In this document: positions 26,416-38,354 of the stretch, one piece after another
Layout of the letters: every line of letters begins with the position of its first letter
Numbering within the stretch: position 1 is the stretch's first letter
NCBI GenBank assembly: GCA_002269645.1
Contig: NIVC01002695.1
Location: 62,001-126,000, forward strand
Source of the DNA: Macrostomum lignano
Taxonomy: Eukaryota
Length of the DNA stretch: 64,000 bases
Reading direction: 5' to 3'
Program-made: the position numbers and the translations under genes
The notes under the pieces: model-generated
The model's database searches: none
What the model was told of the DNA's origin: nothing
Seen by the model: the letters and a program-made list of their open reading frames with translations, nothing else

Positions 26416-28051
26416 CGAGGCCAACTCCTCCGATGGAGGAGAAAGGGGAAGAACTCCCATCACCGGAATTCCATTCCCTGAAACCCCTTAGCTGAATCCC
26501 ATGACCCGAATCCCATCATCAAAACATCTCCAAATCCATCAAACTCCTCTCCGCGAAACAGAAATCCTCTCCGTGAAACTAAAAACCATCGAAATCCTCT
26601 CCGTAAAACTAGACTCAATCGAAATTTTCTCCGTCAAAAAGAACTCAACTCTCAGGGTTCAGTGCCATCAGTGGTTAGGGTTAGGGTTAGAGCTGCACAG
26701 AGCTGCGGGTTGAAAGGCGCCGATAAAAATATCGATTTAGTTGAATCAATTTACTGCGCAACCGATTTCTCATTCAGCCAGTATCAGTCTAAGTTAAAGT
26801 TAACAAAATGATTGCGCAATCTAAATCAACCCTCCAATACACAGCGGCAGTAAGAAGTTGAACCCCCCCACAACTTTATCTATTATATCTTGCAAAACTA
26901 AGTACAATCTTTGCAGAAAGTAAAAGTATAGAAATCGTTTTTCGAATGCTGGGCTTTTTCTTTACACATTTAAAGCAAACAACTTATATCCCTGAACTCA
27001 GCATTGAAAGATCTTTCCAGCAATATAAGTCTCTCCTCTCAAAGTTAAAAACTCGAGCAACAGTTTGCATTTGAAACTCTCCGATTAAAAGCACAGTAAA
27101 AGCATAAAAAATCGAGTGTACGTTCACTGCGTGCTAAAGACACTCCTAAGTTGATGCATTGAATTTCAATGTCCAACAAATACATAGGGCTGCCTATTGA
27201 AAGGCAGAGATAATAAAACAAATTAATGGCGCAATCAATTTCTCAGTCAGTCAGTAGCAGTCTCATTTAAAATGATTACGCAATGCAAATCAACTCTCCA
27301 ATACACAGCGACCGCACCCCCCACCACCACTAAAGCACACTGAGTGGTATAGTCCGTTTGTTAGAGATTGAAGCCCGTAACTTTATCTATTACGTCTGCA
27401 AAAATGAGCACAATCTTTGCAGAAAGTAAAAGTATAGAAATCGTTTTTCGAATGCTGGGCTTTTTCTTTACACATTTAAAGCAAACAACTTATATCCCCG
27501 AACTCAGCGTTGCAAGATCTTTCCAGCAATATAAGTCTCTCCCTTCAAAGTTTAAAACTCGAGGAACAGTTAACGTTTAAATTTTTCTGATTTAGAGCAT
27601 TGAATTTTTAAGACTGCCTGCTACAGGGGGAGGCTCGCACGTTTATTCATTGAATTTCACTGCCGCCTCAACATCCCTAACACGGGGGGGGGTTCTATTT
27701 GCTCCATTGCTCAGTGCACACAGTTGTGGCGCAATCGCTAAAAAAATCTGTACTATTTGTACTTGTACTTGGCTACACCCCCTCAGTTAAAAGAATACAC
27801 TACACAGATAGGCCAGCTGTTGTGGCGTAATCATTAAGAGTTGCGCAAGGTGATCGTAATCCCTATTGTTATACTATTTCTGCTTTTTTAGGGATCTTAA
27901 AATATGAAAATGCAAAATTTTAATAGCCTAAAGCCATCCTCGGACAATTTGCAGTTTTCCCATATAAGTTTCAGCACTGACTTGCAAGTAGTCTGGGAGG
28001 AGTTATGCAACAAACGGACGCACAAACATCGCACCAACTTTAGTATTAGGA
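26416..28051 (-). mobile_element. Family C copy C5
   Basis: Hairpin with GAT loop plus CTCG at 26419-26416; TCCTAATAC start at 28051; (GGTTAG)3 at 26673-26690. Confidence 0.7.
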
Positions 28052-28655
28052 CGAGGCCAACTCCTCCGATGGAGGAGAAAGGGGAAGAACTCCCATCACC
28101 GAAATTTCTATTCCCTGAACTCCATCAGCTGAATCCCACTTTCCAACACCTCTCCGCGCAACAGAAATCATCTCCGTGAAACTGAACACTATCGAAGTCC
28201 TCTCCGTAAAACTGAACACCATCGAAATTTCTCCGTCAAACAGAGCCCAGCTCTCAGAATCCATTGGTTAGGGTTAGGGTTAGAGCTACACAGCAGCGTG
28301 TTGTAAGGGGCCGGTAAAAAAATTAAACAAATTTATTTAATTGATTGCGCAACCGATTTCACAGTCAGTATCAGTCTCAGTTAAAGTTAACAAAAAGATT
28401 GCGCAATCTGAATCAGCCGTTCAATACACAGCGACCAACCCCCTTTCATTGAGCAGTGGCGGTTGGAAATTGAAACCCCAAACTATTGGGGGGGGGGGGG
28501 TCGATCGAACCCCCATTAAACCCAAAAAAGAGTACACTCTTTGCAGAAAGTTAAAAGTATGGAAATTCTTTTTTAATGCTTTGCTCTTAGTTTTCATATT
28601 TGAAGAAAACAATTTATATCCCCGAACTCAGCATTTCAAGCTCTTTCCAGCAATA

Positions 28656-29981
28656 CTGGGTGATTGGTAAAAATCTGGACATTTTTATTTGTTTTAGCAA
28701 GACAACAATTAACAAATTGAACGCATGTCTTTTAACTTGGATTTAGTTCAATATATAAGGGATTGTCTGGCTCATTGCCAAACGGCTCCGACACCATTAG
28801 CCCGAGCTCGGCGAATCCCGGACTTGACATTGGTCATCATCTCCTGTACACAGTGCAGATCCACCTGGCGGAGGCAGTAGCGAATGCGATTTTCCAGCTG
28901 TTCCAGACTGTCCGCCGTCCAATTGTGATGGTAAACCTTTTGCTTCAACATCCCCCAGAAGTTCTCAATTGGTCGCAGCTGTGGTACATTGGGAGGATTG
29001 AGCTCCTTGCTGACAAAATTGACACCTTCCTCTTCAAATGTGTCAATGACGTCACGAGCATAGTGACAGCTCGCCAGGTCAGGCCAGAACAGGTAGTTGC
29101 CGTCAGCATGCTGTTCCTTAATAAATGGCAATAGACGCTTGTGAATGCACTCTCGTATGTAGATCTCTTTGTTCATTGAGCTGCCGTGGCAGAAGAAGAC
29201 CTTGGACATGCCCTTCTTGCTGATGGCCAGCCAGACCAAGACTTTGGCCTCAAATTTCTTGCTGGGTGAACACCTGACCTCATCAGGTGCATCACCTCGA
29301 GCTGTTGCATAATAGAACCTGTTACCAGGGATGACATTGGATGACAGAGAGAAGTACGATTCATCGTCCATGACAATGTCCAGTCCGCTGTCATCTCCTG
29401 CCAGCACAGCACGGTAGAGCCTGTCAATCCTCACACGCTGGCGCTCTTTCTGCTCAAACGACACAAATGGCACTTTTTCTTTCTTGTATGCACTCAGTCC
29501 CTGCTTCTTGAGAATCTCGTTGACGTACGGCTGGCTGATGTCATATTTGCGTGCAATTTCGCGCTGGGACAGACCCATCCTGGCATCATTTGACATCTTC
29601 TCCATCAAAGTGGCAGTGACCTTGGTAGCTGGTCGTCCTGACCCCTCCTTGCGTAGCACAGAATCTTCTCCAGTTGCTGAGTAGCGATCCAGAATTCCAT
29701 AAATGGTTGATCTTGGGACACCAAGCTCAGCAAAATATTTTGCGATTGCATTTTTGCTCAGCCCAGGGTGCTCAATTTTATATTGTACAACCAGTTTACG
29801 CCGCTGCTCTTCATTTAGAGACTGCATCTCAGACGTGACGGGGCAAACGAGTGAAAAAAACAACTTAAGTTGTGAGGAAGACCCCCAGTATTGCTGAAAA
29901 GCATCAGCTCAATAAATTCGCCTCGTTAAAGTTTGTCTATGGCAAAAACTAACCATGTCCAGATTTTTACCAATCACCCAG
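28656..29981 (-). mobile_element. Intact IS630-Tc1-mariner superfamily DNA transposon, DD37E type, 1326 bp
   Basis: Perfect 27-bp TIRs CTGGGTGATTGGTAAAAATCTGGACAT (28656-28682 and 29955-29981); TA TSD at 28654-55 and 29982-83; one uninterrupted ORF. Confidence 0.95.
28772..29827 (-). CDS. DD37E transposase, 351 aa from ATG 29827
   Basis: N-terminal HTH-like region (SKNAIAKYFAELGVPRSTIYGIL; SQREIARKYDISQPYV). Catalytic MDDES ... WPDLASCHY ... NPPNVPQLRPIENFW, with 37 residues between the second D and the E. Confidence 0.93.
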   Translation of the reverse strand: MQSLNEEQRRKLVVQYKIEHPGLSKNAIAKYFAELGVPRSTIYGILDRYSATGEDSVLRKEGSGRPATKVTATLMEKMSNDARMGLSQREIARKYDISQPYVNEILKKQGLSAYKKEKVPFVSFEQKERQRVRIDRLYRAVLAGDDSGLDIVMDDESYFSLSSNVIPGNRFYYATARGDAPDEVRCSPSKKFEAKVLVWLAISKKGMSKVFFCHGSSMNKEIYIRECIHKRLLPFIKEQHADGNYLFWPDLASCHYARDVIDTFEEEGVNFVSKELNPPNVPQLRPIENFWGMLKQKVYHHNWTADSLEQLENRIRYCLRQVDLHCVQEMMTNVKSGIRRARANGVGAVWQ

Positions 29982-30769
29982 TAGAAGTCTCTTCTCTTAA
30001 AGTTTAAAACTCGAAGAGCTGTTAACGTTTGAAACTGCCTGATTTAAAGCATTGAAGTATCGATTGTGCGTTCACTGCCTGCTAAAGAGGCTCGCAAGTT
30101 GATGCAATGAATTTTTTTATGTCCAACAAATACACAGGGCTGCCCATTGAGAGGCAGAATAACTTAACAGTAGCCATATCATTGCACAATTATCTATAAA
30201 GTCAGCCAGTGAGCCACGGTCCAAGTGTACACACGCAGCCACTCAGAACGCAACCATCCCCCCGCTGGAGAGAAAATGCACTGGCGAGATAGGAGAAAGT
30301 GGTGGCGCAATCGCTAAAATTTGATGTCAACCGGCCCAGCTACACCCCATTTAGTTGAAAGAATACACTGCACAGATAGGCCGGCTGTTGTGGCGCAATA
30401 ATTGTAAATTACGCAAGATGTTCATATTCCCCTATTGTTTTACTATTTCTGCTTTTTTAGGGATCTTAAAATATGAAAATGCAAAATTTTAATAGCCTAA
30501 AGCCATCCTCGGACAATTTGCATTTTTCCCATATACGAGCGTAAGTTTCAACACTGACTTGCGAGTAGTCTGTGAGGAGTTATGCAACAAACGGACGCAC
30601 AAACATCGCACCAACTTTAGTATTAGGATGTGAGGAGTTATGCAACAAACGGACGCACAAACATCGCACCAACTTTAGTATTAGGATGTGAGGAGTTATG
30701 CAACAAACGGACGCACAAACATCGCACCAACTTTAGTATTAGGAAGGAGGAAGGAGGAAGGAAGGAGGA

Positions 30770-32628
30770 CGAGTGGAACTCCTCCTTCGGAGGAGAAAGG
30801 GGAAGAACTCCCATCACCGGAATTCCATTCCCTGAAATCAATCAGCTGAAACTCCATGACTTGAATCCCATCTTCCAAATCATCTCCAAATCCTCTGTAA
30901 AGCCTTTTTGCTCTCCTCTTTGCCCTCTCATCTCTACAGTGTAGTCTCTTATCTCTTCTCTCTAATCTGCTTTCCATCTCTAGTCTCTCATCTCTGCTCT
31001 CTCTTCTTTGCTATCTTATATCTAGTCTCTCCTCTCTCTCCTCTCATCTCTACTCCCTTATGTATCTCTTCTCCCTCGTCTTTCATCTGTACCCTCTCCT
31101 GTCTCTTGTCTCCTCTCTTCTTTCATATCTCTCCTCTTCACTTCTGTCTCCTGTCTCCTCTCTTCTCTCTTATCTCTCCCTCTTCTCTCCTCTCTCATAT
31201 GTCATCTCTACTCACTTATCTATTGTCTCTCTTAACCCTCTCTCTTCTCTTTTCTCTCCTCTCTGCTCTCATTTCTCATATCTCATATACGCTCTCAGAC
31301 TCTACTTTCTTGTCTCCCATCTTTCTTTCCTCCTTTCCACTATCCCCGTCTCTTCTCTTCTCTCTTTTCTATCCTCTTCATTCTCTCTTCTCTCCTCTCC
31401 TTGCTCCTTTCATCTTCTCCCCTCTCTTCTCTAATCTCTAATCTCTACTCTCTCATATCTACTCTCTTTTCTATAATCTCTTTTCTCTGTTCTCTTTTCT
31501 CTTTTCTCTCGCATCGGAAGAATTCCCATCACCGGAATTCGATTTCCTGGACTCCATTAGCTGAATTCCATAACCCGAGTTGCATCATCCAACTCCTCTC
31601 CGAAGACAAAAAGATCCTCTCCGTGAAACTGGACTCAATCGAAATTTTCTCCGTCAAACAGAACTCAACTCTCAGGATTCAGTGGCTAGGGTTAGGGTTA
31701 GGGTTAGAGCTACACACAGCTGCGTGTTGAAAGGCACCAATAATAAAAAATTGAACTAATTGAAGCAACAGATTGAGCAATCGATTTCTCAGTCAGCCAG
31801 TATCAGTCTCAGTTCAAGTTAGCAAAATGATTGCGCAATTTAAATCAACCATCCAATACACAGCCACCGCCCCCTTCCAATACGCAGTGGCAAGTAGAAG
31901 TTGAACCCCCCAACTTTATCTCTGACCTATCGCAAAAATAAGTACAATCTTTGCAAAAGTATTTAAATCGTTTTTGAATGCTGTGCTTTTAGTTTTCATA
32001 TTTAAAGCAAAAAACCTATATCCCGGAACTCAACGCTACAAACTCTTTCCAGCAATATAAGTCTCTCCTCTCAAAGTTAAAAAATCGAGCAACAGTTAGC
32101 ATTTGAAATTTTCTGATTTAAAGCATTGAAATATCGAGTGTACGTTCACTGCCTGCAGCAGTGGGAGGCTCGCAAGTTTATTCATTGAATTTCACTGTCC
32201 AAAACTACACAGGGCAGCCTATTGAAAATCAGAACACATATCGTTGCGCAATTGTCTATACAATCAGCCAGTGAGCTAGGGTCCGATTGTACACACGCAG
32301 CCACTGAGAACGCGACCATCCCCCCACTGGAGAGAAAATACACTGCAGAGATAGGAGAAAGTTATGGCGCAATCGCTCAAAATTCATGCAAATTTTCAGC
32401 TCCAAGCAGAAAGAGGGTACAATTAAGATTATCAAAGGTCAAAACCGCCGTTTTCTGCTTTTTTAGGGATCTTAAAATGTAAAAATGAAAGATTAAAATA
32501 GCCTAAAGCCATCCTCGGAAAATTTGCAGTTTTCCAAAATAAGTTTCAACGCTGAGTTGCAAGTATTCTAGGAGGAGTTATGCAACAGACAAACAAACAC
32601 ACAAACATCGCACCAACTTTAGTATATA
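30770..32628 (-). mobile_element. Family C copy C7
   Basis: Hairpin+CTCG at 30773-30770; TC-less terminus at 32628; CT tract ~30900-31510; telomeric tract 31684-31707. Confidence 0.7.
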
Positions 32629-35232
32629 CGAGTGGAACTCCTCCTTCGGAGGAGAAAGGGGAAGAACTCCCATCACCGGAATTCTATTCCCTGAAATATC
32701 CATCAACTGAAATTCCATGTCTTTAACCCTATCTTCCAAATCGTCTCCAAATTCTTTACAAAATCTTTCAAAGACCATAGCTCAAAGACTCTTACGTCTC
32801 TCATATCTACTCTCTCCTCTCTTCGCTATTATCGTGACTCGCTTCTCTCTCCTCTCTCTCATCTCATCTCTACCCCTACTCTCTTATTTATCTCTACTCC
32901 CTTATTTATCTCTTCTCCCTCGCCTTTCGTCTGTACCCTATCCTGTCTACTCTCCTATCTTCTATCTTATCTCTCCCCTTTTCTCTCCTCTCTCATATCT
33001 AATCTCTAACCACTTATCTATCGTCTCCGCTCTACTTTCTCTCTTCTTTTTTCTCTCTTCTCTCTGCTCTCATTTCTCGTATCTCTTATACGCTCTCACC
33101 CTCTCCTTTCTTATCTCCCATCTTTCTTCCCTCCTTTCTACTGCATCACCTGTCTCCTCTCTTCTCTTTTCTCTCCTCTCCATTCTCTCTTCTCTACTCT
33201 CATCTCCCCTCATCTCTTCTCTAATCTCTAATCTCTTCTCTCTCTTATTTTCTCACTCATCTCTTTTCTCATTGCATCTCTCATCTCTCCTCTCTCTCTC
33301 TCCTCTCATCTGTACTATCTTTTTTATCTCTTCTCCCAGGTCTTTCAAATTTACTCTCTCCTGTCTCCTCTCTCCCCTCGTCTTTCCTCTCTCATATCTC
33401 TTCTCTACTCACTTATATATTCTCTCTCCTCTGCTCCCCTTTTACACTTTCCTATATGCTCTCACTCTCACCCTCCCTTTCTTATCTGCTGTTTTTACAC
33501 TCCTTTCTACCACCTGTCTCCTCTCGTTTCTCTCCTCTCTGCACTCTCATCTTTACCCTCTTCTTTCTCCTCACTACTTTCTTCTCTTAAATCTCTGATC
33601 TCTGATCTTTCATCTCTCTCCTCTCACCTCTCACCTCTCTCCTCTCTTTCCTCTCTTCTATTGCCTCTGTACGCTCTTGTCCCTCCTTTCTTCTCCATCC
33701 TGTCTCCTCTCTGCAATCTCATATCTCCTCTCTCATATCCTCTCCCTTCATCTCCTCTCTCCTCTTCTCTTCTCTCTCCTTCGTTCCCGCCTTACTTTCC
33801 TCTTCTCTCCCATCTGTCATGTCTAATCTCTCCACTCATTTCTACTCTGTTTTCTATCATCTCATCTCTCTTCTCTTTTCATTCTTCTCTTTACTCTCTT
33901 CTCTGACTGATTGAAGATGCCAAATCCATCAAGATCCTCTCCGCGAAGCAGAAATCCTGTCCGTGCAACTGAAAACCATCGAAATCCTCTCCGTGAAACT
34001 GGACTCCTTCGAAATCCTCTCCTTGAAACTTAAATCTATCAAAATCGTCTCCATAAAGCAGAAATCAATCATAAATTTAACTCCGCGAAACAGAAATCCT
34101 CTCCGTGAAGCTGAACATCATCAAAATCCTCTCCGTGAAACTGAGCACCATCGAAATCCTCTCCACGAAACAGAAATCCTCTTTGTCAAAATTAAAACAT
34201 TGAAATCGTCTCCGCTAAACTGGACTCAATCAATTTTTTCCGTCAAACAACTCAACTCTCCGGATTCATTGGTTAGGGTTAGGGTTAGGGTTAGAACTAC
34301 GCACAGCTTCGTGTTAAAAGGCACTGATAAACTATTGAACTAATTGAATCAATTCATTGCGCAACCGATTTCACAGTCAGTCAGTATCAGTCTCAGTTAA
34401 AGTTAACAAAAACATTGCGCAATCTAAATCAACCCTCCAATACAAAGCAACTGACCCCCTTCCTATACACAGCGCCAGTTGGAAGTCGAAACCCCCAACT
34501 TTATCTCTCACCTCTCGCCAAAATGAGTACAATCTTTGCAGAAAGTTTAAAGTATGGAAATAGTTTTTGCAATGCAGAGCTTTTAGTTTTCATATTTGAA
34601 GCAAACAATTTATATCCCTGAAATCAGCTTTGCAAGTTCTTTCCAGCAATATAAATTTTTTCTCTCAAAGTTAAAAACTCGAGCAACAGTTTGCGTTTGA
34701 AACTTTCTGATTTAAAGCATTGAAATATCGATTGTACGTTCACTGCCTGCTAAAGAGGCCCGCAAGTTTATGCATTGAATTTCAACGTTCAACAAAATCA
34801 CAGGGCTGCCTATTGAAAATTAGAACACAAATCTTTGCGCAATTGTCTATACAGTCAGCCAGTGAGCCAGGGTCCGATTGTACACAGGCAGCCATTTAGA
34901 ACGCCCCATCCCCCCACTGGAGAGAAAATACACTGCAGAGATAGGGAAAAGTTGTGGCGCAATCACTTGAAATTCATGCAAATTTTCAGCTCCAAGCAGA
35001 AAGAGGGGACAATTAAGATTATCAAAGGTCAAGACCGCCGTTTTCTGCTTTTTTGAGGATTTTAGAAATTAAAATTTCAGAATTAAAATAGCCTATAGCC
35101 GACCTCGGATAATTTCCAATCTTCCCATATAAGTTTCAACGCTGAGTTGCCACTATTCAAGGAGGAGTTGTCGAAATGACAGACAGACACACAGACAGAC
35201 AGACAAACAACGCGTCAACTTTAGTATATAGA
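32629..35232 (-). mobile_element. Family C copy C8
   Basis: CTCG at 32632-32629 and TCTATATAC at 35232; CT tract ~32790-33905; (GGTTAG)4 at 34271-34294. Confidence 0.7.
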
Positions 35233-38200
35233 CGAGTGGAACTCCTCCTTCGGAGGAGAAAGGGGAAGAACTCCCATCATCGGAATTCTATTCCCTGAAA
35301 TATCCATCAACTGAAATTCCATGTCTTTAACCCTATCTTCCAAATCGTCTCCAAATTCTTTACAAAATCTTTCAAAGACCATAGCTCAAAGACTCTCAAG
35401 TCTCTCATATCTCCTCTCTCCTCTCTCTCATCTCATCTCTACCCCTGCTCCCTTATTTATCTCTTCTCCCTCGTCTTTCGTCTGTACCTTCTCCTGTCTT
35501 CTGTCTCCTCTCTTCACTCTTATCTCTCCCTCTTCTCTCCTCTCTCATATGTCATCTCTACTCACTTATCTATCGTCTCTCTTAACCCTCTCTCTCTTCT
35601 CTTTTCTCTTCTCTCTGCTCTCATTTCTCATATTTCATATACGCTCTGACACTACTTTCTTGTCTCCCATCTTTCTTCCTCCTTTTCACTATCCCCTGTC
35701 TCTTCTCTTCTCTCTTTTCTATTCTCTCCATTCTCTCTTTTCTCCTTTCCTTGCTCCTTTCATCTCTCTCCTCTCTCCTCACTCTCTTCTCCTTTCGCTT
35801 CTCTCTCCTCTCTCTCCTCTCATCTTTACTACCTTATTTATATCTTCTCCCTAGTCTTTCGTCTGTACTCTCTCCTGTCTCCTCTCTCCCCTGCTCTCTC
35901 ATCCCTCATCTCCTCATCTCACTCTTTCTTTCTCCTCTACTCTCCCCTCTCTTCTATTGCCTCTGTACGCTCTTATCCCTCATCTATTCTCTCTCCTATC
36001 ATCTCCAATCTGTCATGTCTAATCTCTCCACTCAATTATACTCTGTTTTCTATCATCTCTTCTCTCTTCTCTTTTCAGTCTTCTCTTTACTCTCTTCTCT
36101 GACTGATTGAAGATGCCAAATCCATCAAGATCCTCTCCGCGAAGCAAAAATCCTGTCTGTGCAACTAAAAACCATCGAAATCCTCTCAGTGAAACTGGAC
36201 TCCTTCGAAATCCTCTCCTTGAAACTTAAATCCATCAAAATTGTTTCCATAAAACAGAAATCAATCATAAATTATCTCCGCGAAACAGAAAGCCTCTCCG
36301 TGAAGCTGAACATGATCGAAATCCTCTCCGTGAAACTGAACACCATGGAAATCCTTTCGTGAAACTGAACATCATCGAAATCCTCTCCACGAAACAGAAA
36401 TCTTCTCCGTCAGAATTTAAACATTGAAATCGTCTCCGTTAAACTTGACTTAATCGAATTTTTTCCGTCAAACAACTTAACTCGCCAGATTCATTAGGGT
36501 TAGGGTTAGGGTTAGGGTTAGGGTTAGAACTACGCACAGCTTCGTGTTAAAAGGCACAGATAAAAATATTGAACTAATTGAATCAATTCATTGCGCAACC
36601 GATTTCACAGTCAGTATCAGTCTCAGTTAAATTTAACCAAAAGATTGCGCAATTTAAATCAACCCTCCAGTACACAGAGACCGACCCCTTTTCAATACGC
36701 TGTGGCAGTTAGAAATTGAACCCCATCTGTTGGGGGCATTGAACCAAAAAATGAGTACAATCTTTGCATAAAGCTAAAAGTATGGAAATAGTTTTTTTGA
36801 TGCTGCTCTTTTAGTCTTTATATTGAAAGCTAACAATTTATATCCTCGAACTCAGCATTGCAAGATCTTTTCAGCAGTATAAGTCTCTTCTCTTAAAGTT
36901 TAGAACTCGAAGAGCAGTTAGCGTTTGAAAGTTTCCGTTTTAAAGCATTAAAATATCGAGTGTACGTTCACTGCCTGCCAAAGAGGCTCGCAAGTTGATT
37001 CATTCATTACACAGGCTGGCTATTACACAGGGCAGCGTATTGAAAGGCACAGATAATAAAACAAATTGATGGTGCAACCGATTTCACAGTCAGTCAGTAT
37101 CAGTCTCAGTTAAAGTTAACAAAAACATTGCGCAATCTAAATCAACCCTCCAATACACAGCAGCAGTGAGAAGTTGAACCCTCCCCCCAACTTTATCTAT
37201 TACGTCTCGCAAAACTGAGCACAATTTTTGCAGAAAGTTAAAAGCATGGAAATAGTTTTTTCAATGCTGGGCTTTTTCTTTACACATTTAAAGCAAACAA
37301 CTTATATCCCCGAACTCAGCGTTGCAAGATCTTTCCAGCAATATAAGTTTCTCCTCTGAAAGTTTAAAACTCGAGGAACAGTTAGCGTTTGAATTTACCA
37401 ATTTCCCGACTACTTGCTAGAGAAGCTCGCAAGTTTATTCATTGAATTTCACTGCCAAACTAATACACAGGGCCGATAATAAAAAATGAACCAATTGAAT
37501 CAATTGATTGTGCAATATATTTCTGTGTTAGTCAGTATCAGTCTCAGTTAAAGTTAACAAACAGATTGCGCAATCTAAATCAACCCTCAAATACACACCG
37601 ACCGACCTCCTAACTGTTGGGGGTCGGTCGAACGCCATTGAAATCCTAAAATGAGTACAATCTTTGCAGAAAGTTTAAAGTATGGAAATAGTTTTTGCAA
37701 TGCAGAGCTTTTAGTTTTCATATTTAAAGCAAACAATTTATATCCCTGAAATCAGCTTTGCAAGTTCTTTCCAGCAATATAAATTTTTTCTCTCAAAGTT
37801 AAAAACTCGAGCAACAGTTTGCGTTTGAAACTTTCTGATTTAAAGCATTGAAATATCGATTGTACGTTCACTGCCTGCTAAAGAGGCCCGCAAGTTTATG
37901 CATTGAATTTCAAGGTTCAACAAAATCACAGGGCTGCCTATTGAAAATTAGAACACAAATCTTTGCGCAATTGTCTATACAGTCAGCCAGTGAGCCAGGG
38001 TCCGATTGTACACATGCAGCCATTTAGAACGCCCCATCCCCCCACTGGAGAGAAAATACACTGCAGAGATAGGGAAAAGTTGTGGCGCAATCACTTGAAA
38101 TTCATGCAAATTTTCAGCTCCAAGCAGAAAGAGGGGACAATTAAGATTATCAAAGGTCAAGACCGCCGTTTTCTGCTTTTTTGAGGATCTTAGAAATTAA

Positions 38201-38354
38201 AATTTCAGAATTAAAATAGCCTATAGCCGACCTCGGATAATTTCCAATCTTCCCATATAAGTTTCAACGCTGAGTTGGCACTATTCAAGGAGGAGTTGTC
38301 GAAATGACAGACAGACAGACAGACAAACAACACGTCAACTTTAGTATATATAGA
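35233..38354 (-). mobile_element. Family C copy C9 (three ~480-bp internal subrepeats)
   Basis: Flush CTCG|TC junctions at both ends; (TTAGGG)5 at 36494-36527. Confidence 0.7.

Larger units (their letters stand above)
28052..30628 (-). mobile_element. Family C copy C6, interrupted by a DD37E transposon
   Basis: CTCG at 28055-28052 and TC at 30628. The host repeat module is continuous across the TA-flanked insertion. Confidence 0.7.
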
